Part shown: positions 51,358 through 63,470 of the stretch, piece after piece
Layout: the number at the start of each line of letters is the position of its first letter
How positions within the stretch are numbered: the stretch's first letter is position 1
Assembly: GCA_009602725.1 (NCBI GenBank)
Contig: WELB01000003.1
Span: forward strand, 718,673-782,672
Direction: 5' to 3'
Origin: Spirogloea muscicola
Taxonomy: Eukaryota
DNA length: 64,000 nucleotides
Translations under genes and position numbers: made by a program
The notes under the pieces: generated by a model
Databases searched by the model: none
What the model was told of the DNA's origin: nothing
The model's input: only the letters and a program-made list of their open reading frames with translations

Positions 51358-51653
51358 ATGGATGGCGAGCTGCGGTGGCGGCCGGCCCCACGGCGAGGCG
51401 CCGGCAGCACGGCGGCGGCGGCGGCGGTGGCGACGGCAGTGACGGCGCGGCAGAAGGGACTTTGGACCACAAACCTTGAAAGCTTGACCCAAAGCTTGAC
51501 CCCAAACCTATATCCTTTTGTGGTCGCAGGATCAAGTCCAGCGGGCAGCCGGCGAGGACTTTGGCGATTTGGACGACCTCGAGATCCTGCAGACGCAGGG
51601 CCGCGACCGCCACGGCCGCCGCATTCTCCGCGTCGTTGGTCGCCAACTGCTGA
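51358..51653 (+). CDS. 5' fragment of a CRAL-TRIO (Sec14/GDAP2-like) protein gene; remainder absent
   Basis: Exon 51530-51653 between AG and GTGAGC reads DQVQRAAGEDFGDLDDLEILQTQGRDRHGRRILRVVGRQLL, like the start of plant CRAL_TRIO_2 proteins. No further exons are seen before the N at 51862. Confidence 0.55.
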
Positions 51654-51929
51654 GTGAGCAATCGACGTCACGACCGCCGCTACCGGCGTCAGGCCAGACT
51701 CCTCCAAATCAGTTCTATATATTACTAGGCATTTGTCATGTTGACTGGGGTTTAACTATTCGCTTTGCAATTGTAAGCTTCTGGGATTTTCTTTCTGGAG
51801 AGACAATTCGGATGTAATCGATGTATGAAGCCAGCTTTGTTTCTGTCACTAGCCTAAGCAANCAGCGGCGCCCGGACCGGCGCGATCGGCGGCTGGCGCG
51901 GGCCCCGGCGCCGGGCCGATCCGCCGGCA

Positions 51930-53998
51930 TGCTGGGCGTGGAGATGGCGGACGGCGGCGCGGCAGCCTCCGCGGCCTCCGCGGCGCCCGCCACCGACCAG
52001 CTGCAGGCCCTGGTGAGCCTCTGTGCCGGCGCCGCCTGCAGGCGCTCAGTCTTTCTCTCCCATCGATGTGTGGACTGGTAGTCGAGCGGTCCTCACGTCA
52101 TCGTGTTTGTTCGGCATTCTAATTGCTATTATAGTTGAGGTGAAGGCTGTGAGAAGCTGACAAGGCAGCGAGCCATGCCGTCGCTTGAGTTACTGGCGAG
52201 TTGCTGTCCACATCACTGCAATCAGCCCGGCAAGGCCAATTGTCGTCTTGTTTATTGCAGAAGTCGCCACCGTCTTACTGCTGTGCTTTCACACAGCTCT
52301 TGGTTGTGTGTCTTACTGTCGTGATTTGTCTGCCGTGTCTTAGGCGGACCTCCATATGAGCATGTTCGGAGGCACCGAGGATTCGCTTGAGTCTGCTGAT
52401 GACCTCAGCACCAGCTCCTCCTTAGACGCCAGCTCTCAGCACAGGAGGCTCGCTCACAGCACAGCCGCAGGTCAGAGACGCGCCGGTCTTGTGCTGGATG
52501 TTGCTGAATATACTTGATCCACTACAAAGTGGAGAGAAGAGTTAGCACATGGTGCTGCTCCGGTTCTCGCAGACTACATTTCATGGATTCAGCACCTCTT
52601 CAGATGCAGTGCTCGCTCCTGAGGTGATTTGTACTGAGACGTTACTACTATCGGAGATATGGCTCATGCCTCGATCCTTGAGACGGCCTGCAGGCAAGCT
52701 GGTCAGGGAGCTGGTGGCAGAGTACTTGGACTGGGCGGAGTTGGACAGGACTCTGAACATCTACCTTCCAGAGTCCTACGCTGTAAGTCCTTCTTAGGAT
52801 GCTCATCTGTGGCCCTAAGTTGCCAGACAGTAGTCTTGAACCCGCGTCAGGAGTCCTAGAGTATGTCCAGCTTTTTGCTCGCTGTGCAAAAATCTGTATT
52901 ACTACGTCAGGGACCAATGCCTGTCTCATCATCAAGAGTCTAAGAAGGATACTGGAAGCTTACCAATTGGCCAACTTACAAGGCTGTGAGCACTTTTTAC
53001 GATTGAAAGTTTTCAAGTGATTCAGAGCGATAGTTGTGAAAATGATTGCAGATATTGATTCTAATATGCTTGTGATATCTCTTAGCACGTCCTTTTCTGT
53101 GCAGCCCGCGGACCGATTACAGCGCTCAGAGATGGCACAGTCCTTAAGTTTGGACCTGAGCCACGAGAGAAAGTCAGCCACTCAGAAGCCATTGCTGTAT
53201 GGGCTTATTGAGCACTTCATGGATGAGAAGGTTGACTTCTGTCTTTCATGCGTCCTCTTTTCATAGCATCAGACCACCACAGCAATGTCCTTGAGAACAG
53301 CATGTTGTTGCTTGCTCTGTCATATGCTTACCTTTGAATATACACTTCTTTTTCTCGTCTTCAAGAGCATTAACACCTAAAAGTCCATCATCCTTACACT
53401 TTTTCTGATAAGGATCTTTACTTGTAAGTGCAGGCCCTGCCAGCAGAGTTGGTGGCCTATAAATCTGATGATTTTAGGCTCCTCAAGTCAAAAACAGTAA
53501 GGCAGAGAGCTGGTCTTGCCTCCCTGTTTAAGATCAAGCAATTCTGCTGGGCTTTGTCTAGGATGCTTGCTTCTGCTACTGCTGTCCTGTCTACCAATGA
53601 TCTTTACCAACGGTCTTTGATTGTGTTTAGGCACTCCCTTGGCAGATTCTTCGCATTGTCTGTGTGCAGACTTGTCTAAGTGATTTGATATTTGGCAGGT
53701 GCCTAGAACTGCTGTGCAAGCAGCCATTGATGCAGCACGGGATGCAGCAGAAGAAGAGCACCTGTCGCAGCACTCAAGGTCGGCGCCCAGTCAGCCCCAA
53801 CTGCCCATCACGCCAGAACAACTTGCGGAGCTGGCGTTGCCTGATGCTCCACTCCCACCTCCGATCAAGATCAAGCCAAAGCCTTCCCCCCACCCCTCCC
53901 CTCCCTCCTCCCCACCTCCCTCGCCAAAGAGAAAGGCCGCTGTTGAAGAGGCCCTTCTGTCCAAGGTTGCTTCGTCCCTTCCAAAGTCTGCCCATTGA
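51930..53998 (+). CDS. TON1: TONNEAU1/FOP-like LisH protein (divergent)
   Basis: Exons give ADLHMSMFGG...RRLAHSTAA|GKLVRELVAEYLDWAELDRTLNIYLPESYA|...QKPLLYGLIEHF (LisH plus PLL motif of TON1/FOP); Pro-rich last exon 53699-53998. Confidence 0.7.
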
Positions 53999-54777
53999 GT
54001 AGCCCCTTTGCATGGGGGTAGATTTGCGGAGCTTGAAGAAACTTAAGTAAACAGGTATATTTGTCTGTATGTTGTCCATTGTCCATTTTCATTGGCACAA
54101 GCGAACAGATACAATGAGCGCCCTGCTTTGCTTTGAGATTGCAAAGTTTGATCAGAATCTAGTCAATGGTCCATCTGTGATTTGTAGTACGGTGTCAAGA
54201 TGGCTGTACCAATTATTCATGATCAGTACACACTCTATTCCATGGCATCGGGGCTGGCGGCAAGAGCCTTCGATCATTGAAATCTGCTCTAAGAAGTCTG
54301 TATCTCCTCCATGCACAAATCTAAGCAGTTGGCATTACTGAGTGGCACTCAGTCTCAGCAGCTAGGATGCCAAGCCTGGTGAATTTTAGATCCACCAGCG
54401 TTTGAAATGGTGGCGAGAGCCCTGGTAGCACAAGCCAAGCTTCCATGCACAGCCTTCTCTGTGCCCAACCATGCAACTTTCTGCGAGTACAGGCTATCAC
54501 TGCAAGCTGATGCGAGTGCTGTTTTGGCGTATACAAAAATGATGCAGTGGCATTCTTGCAAGCGAATGAAACGTGGAGCTCGTGCGTGCTACACATACGG
54601 AGTCCCAATAACCTTCCATTAGTGACCTGTACAAGTGAGCTGTTGAGCTAAGAGCTGTGTTGTGCAGTGCACGACATCCTGGAAAATAAGTAGCACAATA
54701 ATTCATATTATGAAGGTGTTGACGCGCGCGCCTCCCAAGCTTAGCGAAGGAGTGTTGCGACTCCACCCTTGCTCTGG

Positions 54778-56618
54778 TCATTGCATCTTGAGCAGATTGT
54801 TGGCCCTCGTCCTCAGCAGAGATTCCCGCAGCCTCCACATTGCTAGCGCAGTTGCCTGCAATGGCAGCCGCATGCAGGGTGCCGGTGAGCCCCAGCTGCT
54901 AGCTCCACGAAGATATAAATCAGGTAATTTCTGAGATCATTGCTCCAACAAGACACTACATCTCACTTGGAATCCATCTTGTACCAACCCTTTCCTTAAA
55001 TCGGAGGGCATAAGCAATGTTCAGTAGGCAAAGGACGTAGTGAATAACTGACAGGTGTGCAAGAGCTTACAGCTGTGACCTTCTCCTTGATCATGAGCAT
55101 TAGCGCAGCGCTGAGAACTGTCTTGAGGATCTGGGCTTGTAAGCCCTTGTAGAAGCCCGAGATGCCCTCGCGCTGCCAGATGATCTGCAACGCCTGGATC
55201 ATGGTCGCTGGCGGGCCCACACGCAGCTCCCCGTTGGCGCGCCGCAGCTTCTCCTCTGACGTCGACTCCCGCTGCATCAGGACCTTGCACCTGGACGGGT
55301 GACAATGGGGCCCGCATCAGAGCCGGGGGTCTGCAAGCACTGTGGTTGGAGCACTGCAAGATTTGCATCTCCTTTGGTATGCTCGCACTTGCTTGTCATG
55401 ACTACCTGATTGCTGGGTAGGTGATGATGGTGGCCACCGTCTTAGACAGGGCGCCAAGAACAAAGGCGCTGAAGGCAGTGAGAAGGATGGGCTGTGAGAG
55501 GAGTGCCGCAGACGGGCCGTCGACGAGCATTGCAGCCCTCGCCTCACGCCGCAACCCCACGCGCCTCAGTATCCGGTTCTTGAGCTGCTCGAAGACGGTG
55601 TACTGCACGTGACAGACGTGGCCGCGGCAAGCATCAAACTTAGCAGAATGATAGTGGTATTTACCGTGTAGAGCGACAAAGTGTAAGCGCTACCTTTATA
55701 GAGCTCCTCAAGATAGAGCAGCAAGAGCCTCAAAAGCTGGCTCGTGAGCTAAGGGTTTGGGCTTGAGTCTGGCAGCCCGTAACGTGCCTGGATGGCAGGA
55801 TTGCAGCACAGGAAGAGGGAGGCACCGAGGCCATCATAGGCCTGCCGCAGGCTCCGCTCCTTGACCGTGGTCAGCAGGCCCTGGGCTTGCCCAGGCTCGC
55901 TCGTCTGCATCCGTGCCGACGCGGTGTCCAGCGGCTGGGCCAAGGCCGCCGAGGAAACGGCAGCGCAGCCGACAGAGACAGGCTAGCATCAGTCCAGGCG
56001 GCCGTAGCACACTGAGACTACGGAAGAAGAGCCTGGCACAGCCGCATTGGCGTCTGAAGCAGCAGGAGCAAGTCTCTGCCGCCGCACCTGCGTGGCGATG
56101 GTGGTGCAGCAGCCGGCGGCGGCGGCCACCAGCAGATTGGCACCGGTGCCCATGGAGAGGCGGCCGGAGCGCAGGAGGTACTGGCGGCGGATGAAAGAGT
56201 AGGCGTAGAAGTAGACGAAGCCCGCGGCGACGGCCTGCGCGTTCTTGGTCTCCAGGCCCTGGTACAGCGACGACAGCCGCCCCGCCGCCACCGCCTCGCG
56301 CAGCACGTCCAGCATCGACCTGCCGACGGCCGCTCCTCGGGCGCTCAGAGCGGCGACATCGCCACAGCGCGAGTCGCAGCCGCGACATGGGCTGCCGCAG
56401 GCGCCGCCGCCAAGGCCAAAGGGGCGGCGCCGTCACAGCCCAATGTGGCGGCAAAGCGGGCTACGGCGGCAAAGGCACCTGTATCTGCGAGCGGCGCCGT
56501 GCTGGGCCTCGGCCTGGAACTTGGTCTTGCAGGTGTCCAGCGGGTAGAGCAGCGTGGTGGAGAGCAGGCTGCCCGCCGCGCCGGCGGTCGCCTCCGTCAG
56601 CGCCTCGAACTCCGCCAT
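54778..56618 (-). CDS. PNC1: Peroxisomal adenine nucleotide carrier (mitochondrial carrier family, PNC-like)
   Basis: [46 protein letters not shown]...[78 protein letters not shown]. Stop 54778-54780. Confidence 0.92.
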
Positions 56619-57032
56619 CGCCGCGGCCTCGGCGGCGGCTGCGGCGGTGGCGGCGGCGGCGGCGNGGCGGCGGCGGCGGCGGCGGCGGGTCTCGCGGCGC
56701 AATTCACGGCGGGAGTCGCGGCGGCAGTCCCGGGGAGAAGGAGAAGGAGAAGGATTGGAAGGGGGGCCGCGGCGGCGCCGCCAGGTGCCCGCCCTAGCTG
56801 ACTGGAACTTAGCGGCTGGGCCTCCTGCCGCCGGGGACATTGGCTTCGCGACGTTCGGGGAAAGGCTGCCGCGTCGCTGACTCGTCGTGGCCCCAACGGT
56901 GGCGGTTGAGGGTGCTAACGAGAAGGTGGACGTAAGTTGCCGAGGACCTGGCGCCCGCCGCCCCCCGCTCCCTCGGAGGCCCAAACTCCGGAAGCGGATA
57001 GCCACGCCCCGAGAGGGCGGGAGGTGGCATGC

Positions 57033-57042
57033 GCCACGTGGC
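57033..57042. promoter_or_regulatory. Perfect G-box GCCACGTGGC upstream of the PNC gene
   Basis: Exact palindrome about 420 bp upstream of the ATG. Confidence 0.35.
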
Positions 57043-57128
57043 GGGCGCACGTTGCTTCACTTAGAGGTTAATTTTATGTACTTTCACACGTTGCAGGCCC
57101 AGTTCTTATCTCCCACACGAATTACGTC

Positions 57129-57205
57129 TAACCCTAAACCCTTAAAACCTAAACCCTAAACCCCTGAAACCTAAACCCCAAACCCTCAAACCCTAAACCC
57201 TACCC
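57129..57205 (+). repeat. Degenerate interstitial telomeric tract (CCCTAAA)n, ~10 units
   Basis: AACCCTAAACCCTTAAAACCTAAACCCTAAACCCCTGAAACCTAAACCCCAAACCCTCAAACCCTAAACCCTA corresponds to Arabidopsis-type TTTAGGG repeats. Confidence 0.85.
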
Positions 57206-57339
57206 TTAACTCTAGGGATGTCCCCCTCACCGTTCCCATTGTGCTCTAAGCTGACATTGGCAATGCCGAGATTGTGTCTGTCACTGGTGCTTTCATCTCG
57301 TCTTCCTTCCCTGTCCACCATTTTTTGCACTAGTTGTTG

Positions 57340-57407
57340 CCTGAACAATGTATTGGCTTGAATTGGCCACCCTTTTCAGTTCATGCGCACCGCGCAACTT
57401 CCCTCTC
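57340..57407 (+). repeat. Dispersed repeat shared with 62258-62326
   Basis: TTGGCTTGAATTGGCCACCCTTTTCAGTTCATGCGCACCG versus TTGGCTAAATTGGCCCACCCTTTCAGTTCATGCGCACCG, same orientation. Confidence 0.75.
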
Positions 57408-59275
57408 GTCTGTCGACCAGTTGAGCTTGATTTACAGCTGCCACAGCTGCGCTTAGATGCGCTGTCCCAGTGAGGGACGCTTTTCCAGAGGAGGGGATAA
57501 GAAGTGACGGCGCAAAGCCAGCACGGTATGATAATTTGGATGAGGTCTAAGAAAAAGCCCGAACATGCAAGCACAGACCACTCAGCCAAGCAAGTGGCTA
57601 TGGAAAACAAGCTAGCAAGAGGAAGTTGCTCTATGTAGTCATAAGAAGGTGCCTACTGCAGATGGGGGGCAGAGGGCGACAAAGTTGGAGTGCGATCGCC
57701 CCCCATGAAGGCTCTTACTGTGGGTCAAGGGTGGCCAGACTGGAAAGGATGTACAACACACAGTGTGATGCATACTTGAGTTGATCGTTGAAGAAACACA
57801 TGTCCGCTGAACCTGTGTGGGCATTCTAGAGGAACAGAAGTTCTTCTCAAGAGCCATTGCCTGCTGTTAGACGGACCAGGGACTGAACACCCGTGTTGAG
57901 CCTAAGGTCTTGGCTAGAGTAGGCGCACCAGCCGTGTTAGAGCGAGCGGCTCCAGCGACGAGCAGACATGATAGCCCCTTGCAACGTGCAAGACACGGCC
58001 CGACAAATGAGAAATACATTTCGCCACAATGCTAGACCTGCCTACTGCAGAGGTGCTAGCTCCTCAGTTGAGATACTGTGGGGCAGAGGAGCCAGGGTCT
58101 GCAGTAAAAGACTTGACTTGGTGTCTCCGAGCGATCATTGTCACCACTGCCCTGCAAGCAAGAGCGTCTCGTTTGTACTCGAAAGTGCTGAGCCCTTCTT
58201 TCTTTACAGCACAGGCTGCTCTCTACTTCCATCTCAACACAACGGCGGTGTCACGGCCAACCACCCCCTGAGCTCCTGCCTGAAATTTGCCTGTAAATTC
58301 ACACCCGCTGCTGATAAGCCTTACACACTCACCATTGACATGGACTGCACATCCAGCAGCTCAAACCAATTTGATTCGGCAGCTGTGGGTTTGGAGGGCC
58401 AAAGTACACTGGTGGATTTTGAAGTCACCAGCTCTTGGCAGCCTCAAGCGAGCTGAATGTGTTTTCTTTGCAGCGCCATGTGTTATCGTTGCAGCGCCAT
58501 GTGATTGTACACAGTATAGTCAACCTAAAGCAGCATTCCCAACTGCCCCAGTTCCACATCACCTCTTTCTCTGAAATCAGCGATACCAAGTACAATCTAC
58601 TGTTTCCCTGAAGCCATATAACATGCACTGCCTCCCCCCACCAAGCCGCCCTTCACGAGCGACCCCTAACTCAACCCCTCCCCCCTCCCAAAAAATTGAT
58701 CGGGACACGAGAGGGTCTTTACGCAAGAGGGGCTGTGCATACCCTTGCACACATTGCACATACATCAGAGTAGCTCTAGCCTGCTGGAAAGCCTTGCAAT
58801 CACAACCGGGACTTCTGGTCGGTTGCCTGGGCGGGACATTCATCTATCTGTAAGCTGCTGGAGAGCTGCATCACACTGAGCAACAAAATTCATGCGTCTG
58901 GAAAAGCAATACAGTCGGTGAGCATAAGCTGCTGAAAACAGTGTCAGTGAGGTGATGGTGCAGCCAATGTGCTCAATGGTCCTCAGTGAACAATAGTGGA
59001 AAGAGAATACTAAGTCGATCCCCATGTCCATATGCAAGCATTCCAGCTCTTCATCATCACTTCAGCCCCACGCCCGACCTTGCAGCCTGTGTAGCCATCC
59101 GCACCAGGGCCACCTAGCAAATAGGCCGCGGCGCAAAGTCCTTGTTGTATCTGGCCCTCCTAAGATCCCTCAAGAACCTGCCCTGAGGTTGCTAAGACCA
59201 CCGTGACCTAGCTTGGCCCGTGCGTACACGAACAGTCTACCTGCTTGCGCCTCTCTAGCTGCATTCGCCTGCCAT

Positions 59276-61682
59276 TTAGAAGGGCGTGCGAACCCCACCT
59301 ATGGTCTTGATGCTGGCAATAGCCGCAAGGTTCTGAGACGCTGTTGTGCTTGGGAGGATGGTGAAGTCATAAGCACGCACAAGTGCCTGCCCAGTCGGCG
59401 AGTTGATGTAGCGGCTGTACGATTTGAGGAGACCACCATTGCGACCCTTGGGGCCAACCTTGGTGGCGTCCTGCAAGGAAGGAGATCAAGGAGTTAAGAT
59501 GAATAATAACAACCGTTGAGGCAATCGGCCGAGCCCATTTCCAATTTTCACACGGGTTGCACAACACCAGGCACAAGCAGTTGCACGGACCCCCTTGACG
59601 AAGTAGTAAACGAAGGAAGTGATGGGGAAGGTCTGCGCGCCGGGCTTGTTCAGGAGCGTAATGCCAGCCCAGGATGTAGTGGCAGAGGGCAAGGGGCGTG
59701 GAACAGACGCGTACAAGTCAGCCTGGCCAGCTTTGATGTAATTGCCTGCACAGCAGATTGAATGGGCGCAGCTTATCTACGAGATCAAGAAGTATGGCAG
59801 CTCATCCTTACATCTACCTGCCAGTGAAGAGGTGGGGCTGGGCTGCCACGCTGCAAACTACTGCCAACAGTTGCACATACCTGCAGCATTCAGGAGGGCA
59901 GCCTCCAAGAACTTGCCGGCAGCACCAACGCCAGTGCCAATGTAGGCAATGCCATAGGGGGTGGCCTTGAGTGCAGTGACCATGCCACCAGAGCCATTGG
60001 CAGACTTGAAGCTGGCCGGCCACGTGATGGTGTTGCCGGCCGCAAGCTTCCAGTTGGTGGAAGCAATCTGCCAACATATTTGCAGAGCGCAGCGGCGCCA
60101 TTGACAGCAACAAAGCATTGTAGCGTTCAGAAGGAAGGACAGTGACAGGAATCTGAATGCTGCAGCAACAAATAACAGGCACGTAGGAGGACAGTGACAG
60201 GAATCTGAATGCTGCAGTAACAAATAACAGGCACGTAGGAGGGACCCCACGTCAACATGTCAGCAAAAGCAGACCTCCCCCCACCTCACCTGGAGCCAAC
60301 CAGTGAAGAGACTGGTTGTGCCTGACGAATCAATGCGGTGGATGGGCTTGATAGCCGCACCCTTGGGAACGACAAGCTTCGGGTTGAGCCCCTTGATAGC
60401 AGCGTTGTCCCAGGTTGTGATGGTACCCTGCATGTTTGAAGTAACATGAACCAGTACCAGTAAGCATGATTGAAACAACATGAAGCAATACCAGTAAACA
60501 AAGCGTATTGCAGCAGACATCAGCTTCTGAAGCAGCCACTGTCACCGGAAAACACTGCAGTCGTGCAAGCTGGCAGCCCCAGCAGTGGCAGCAACATAAA
60601 GTGCAGTTGTCCAGGAGGCTGGGGCTGGCTTGTCAGATACCTGGAAGATGCTGGCGAGTACAGTGGGCGAAAGCTGAATGGCAGTGGCGCCAGGAATGTT
60701 GACAAAGACGGAGATGGTCTCGAGGACGAAGGGCAGCGTATACTTGACAGCGCCCTTCAGTGCCACCTCCTCAGTGGCCGCAAAGGGCACGTCAGAGAAC
60801 GCGTAGTCAGCGGCACCGGAGATAAGGCTTTGACGCCCCGCGCCTGCAGCCATCGGGGGCCAACAGTCAGGCCTGTCGGTTGGCTGCAACCAGCTGGTGA
60901 AGCTTGAGTGCATGCATGCACAGAGTGACTGCCTGCAAAGCTGGTTGTTTGTATACAACGGTTGTTGACCAACATTGACGACGATAGCACATGGCCATTG
61001 AAGAGCTGTGGCGCACCAGAGCCGAGGGCAGCATAGTTGATGGACACGCTGTACTTCTTGTTGAGAGTAGGAAGAACGCCAGCTTGGAAGGCCTGCACGG
61101 TCGTGGCGCCGGAACCATAGATCTGCCCCGACAAGAAACGAGAAACCAGCCCTTACCACGAGCACGGCTGCTAGCCGTGGGAGCAGACGTGGTGTCCGGA
61201 GGGACATGATGGAGGTCCGGTGGCAGCGCCGCGAGGGTCAGAGGCTCACGAAGAGGGTCGGGGCCACTTTGTGCTTCCCCACGCCGGGCGGGTGCATGCC
61301 CTTGGCATCGACGCTGGCCACCTGTTGCACACCCACCACAGCAAACGAGCTCAGGTCGCAAGAAACCAAAGCGCAACTCGAACGAAGCCGACATGCGTTA
61401 TGCGCAGAGCTGGTTCTGGCCATGTCGCTCGTGCTGCTCCTTGCAGTCAGGGGACTGACAAGCTCAATGCCATGGACGGCACAGCCGTCCCGAGTCTATG
61501 TGACCATTTTCGAGTCAGTGGGCACCGCCCAGAAGGCAGAGCGTGCAAGTCGGCCCTCCGCAGTCCGACCAAGCCGCAGCAGGCAGCAGCTTGGGCAGCA
61601 TCAGGCTTGTCGCGTGACGGGGGCGGACACTTGCCAGGGCCAGGAAGACGGCGACGGCGGCGGCGACGGCGGCGGTCTTCAT
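59276..61682 (-). CDS. pstS: Secreted PstS-family phosphate-binding protein (type-2 periplasmic binding fold), intron-containing
   Basis: Signal peptide [107 protein letters not shown]; stop 59276-59278. About 8-9 GT-AG exons. Confidence 0.88.
60137..60240 (+). repeat. Intronic tandem duplication, 2 x 52 bp
   Basis: GGACAGTGACAGGAATCTGAATGCTGCAG(C/T)AACAAATAACAGGCACGTAGGA repeated with one mismatch. Confidence 0.9.
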
Positions 61683-62394
61683 GGCGGCGAGCTGGTCCGG
61701 ACCTCGAGAAGGGAGGAGGCAGGCTGGGAGCTGGAAAGGAGGCACAATGTGGGTGCCTCCTTTCCAGAAGTGGTCTGGACCCAAGATCGAGCTGCAGGGG
61801 GAGGGGGGGGANGGAGGGAGGGGCTAGGGGGGAGTGGCAGCTCCCTGTACGTGGGAACGGGGGCTTGCCCCGGCGGCGGCAGCCGCGAGCGCGGATTGGC
61901 GGGCAGGGAATCTCCTGCCGGCCGGGGATGAGCATCTGGCGCTGCCCGGCCCCCGAAAGATTCCCAATTCCCGCGGACCGCGGTGTAAGGAGGGGGGAGG
62001 GTTGTGGGCTGCCCCCTTGTCGCGTCCGGCAAGGTGCGGGCTACAACACCCTGGCCGTCAGCCCACGGCGGCGCACCTCGCCCCGTTCCGCACGTTGTCC
62101 TTCCCTCCCCTCCTCGTCCATTCCTCACGTAAAAGTTTACATCTCTGAGCTTTCTAAAATCTTCCCCCAGCCATCGCCTCAACTGTAGAAGTTGTTGGTT
62201 ATATTTTTGCGGTTACTTTTCACAGCCCACGCCCACCTTTGGAATGATTGTTCTTTTGGCCTGGAACAGTAGTTGGCTAAATTGGCCCACCCTTTCAGTT
62301 CATGCGCACCGAGCGCGCCTTCCCCCCTTTTCTTAAGAGCAGAGTGCAAGGACTCTAGAAAGAAGCAGCTCTCCTCAAATAAGGCGATGGCTGT

Positions 62395-63470
62395 GAGAAT
62401 TGAACCCTTCCAAGGGGGCATTGTTTTTGTTCCCAGGAAAAATTTGTGTATTTGAAACAAACGAAGGCCAAATGGCCAAGTACAAAGGCAAGCACATCTT
62501 AAGACCTACATAACCTACAGTAGATTGACCCGCTCAGAAACCACGGGTCAAAACATAAAGGTCGCTAACCGATGCCTGGATACTAGATGGCAGATACGAA
62601 GCCCTTCTGCTACCAACTAGAGCTCGCCCAGCTTTCTGGTGCAAAGCATTAGCCTGAGCACGCTGCAAACAGGCCGAAACACGTCGTCGCAACAACGACA
62701 GATAAGCAGCTGGCAAGCCCATCTCAGCCGGGAACACATCTGCATGTCGTGTGTAGCCTAGAATGGCTATGTTTTGAAGGAGAGTAAGGAAACGAGGACC
62801 TAAGCAGCCAAAGATGTCGATTGCTGCTGGCAAGAGCTGATCACATCGGGGATAATCGGAGTAGTGATGCAACTTTCTTTGTTCAGCACTGCCCACTGCG
62901 TGGCCAGCGATGTGTGTCGATGCTGGACCTTTATAGGCCTCCGTAACCACAATATCGACCAAAGCCCTTGGTCCTCCACCAGGTTGCACGCCCACAATGT
63001 CAAGTGTGCGGCGATGATGACGTCCCTGGGCATCCGTGGTGATAGGCATGATGTTGTTCACTTCCACGACCGCACGGTACCCGGCGTCGCGCATCAAAGC
63101 CGCCAGAGCATCACGGAGGACGTTGTGGATGCCCAACACTTCTGGTCCAGTGGGGCATCGCAGCATGTGAGTGGCGAGCTCAGCACTCTCTGCGCGGAAG
63201 CTGCACTCACACTGGCGCACCCCAATCAGGCAGTTAGGTGGGAGGCCGAGGACGAGTTGAAGCGACGTCCGAAAGGCCTCGGAGCTGATGCTGAAGGTGC
63301 TGGCCACGGCGTGTGAGGTGATCCAGTCTGTGGCTCGAGGTGTGGCGAGGGAAGTAAGTCTTGCCGGGCTCCTTGGATTGTTGTGAATCTCTGGCAGCCT
63401 CCGCAAGCTTCTGCGGCGCTCATCTTCCACTGCCGTAACCAGTCTGAATTGTGCCCCTCTATCCGAAGCT
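62395..63470 (-). mobile_element. 5'-truncated CRE-type non-LTR retrotransposon: CCHC zinc knuckle, restriction-like (PD-D/ExK) endonuclease and 3' UTR
   Basis: Open frame 63430-62534 starts at GTG and stays open upstream without ATG. Motifs: ARLTS...DWI; CEC-x13-HMLRC; IHNVLRD; RRTLDIV; LVDIVV; AEQRKLHHY; PAAIDIFGCLG; VSACLQRAQA. These are the RLE motifs of CRE/R2-group elements. No RT domain remains. Confidence 0.85.

Noticed and set aside
57968..58456. 162-aa ORF downstream of PstS
   Set aside because: No recognisable domain, splice pattern or promoter-like 5' region.
61700..62300. P1BS (GNATATNC) phosphate-starvation element upstream of PstS
   Set aside because: Looked for by eye and no exact match was found.
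62534..63430. Stand-alone expressed nuclease gene
   Set aside because: The ORF begins at GTG and the frame simply continues upstream into repeat sequence without an ATG. This fits a 5'-truncated retroposed copy.
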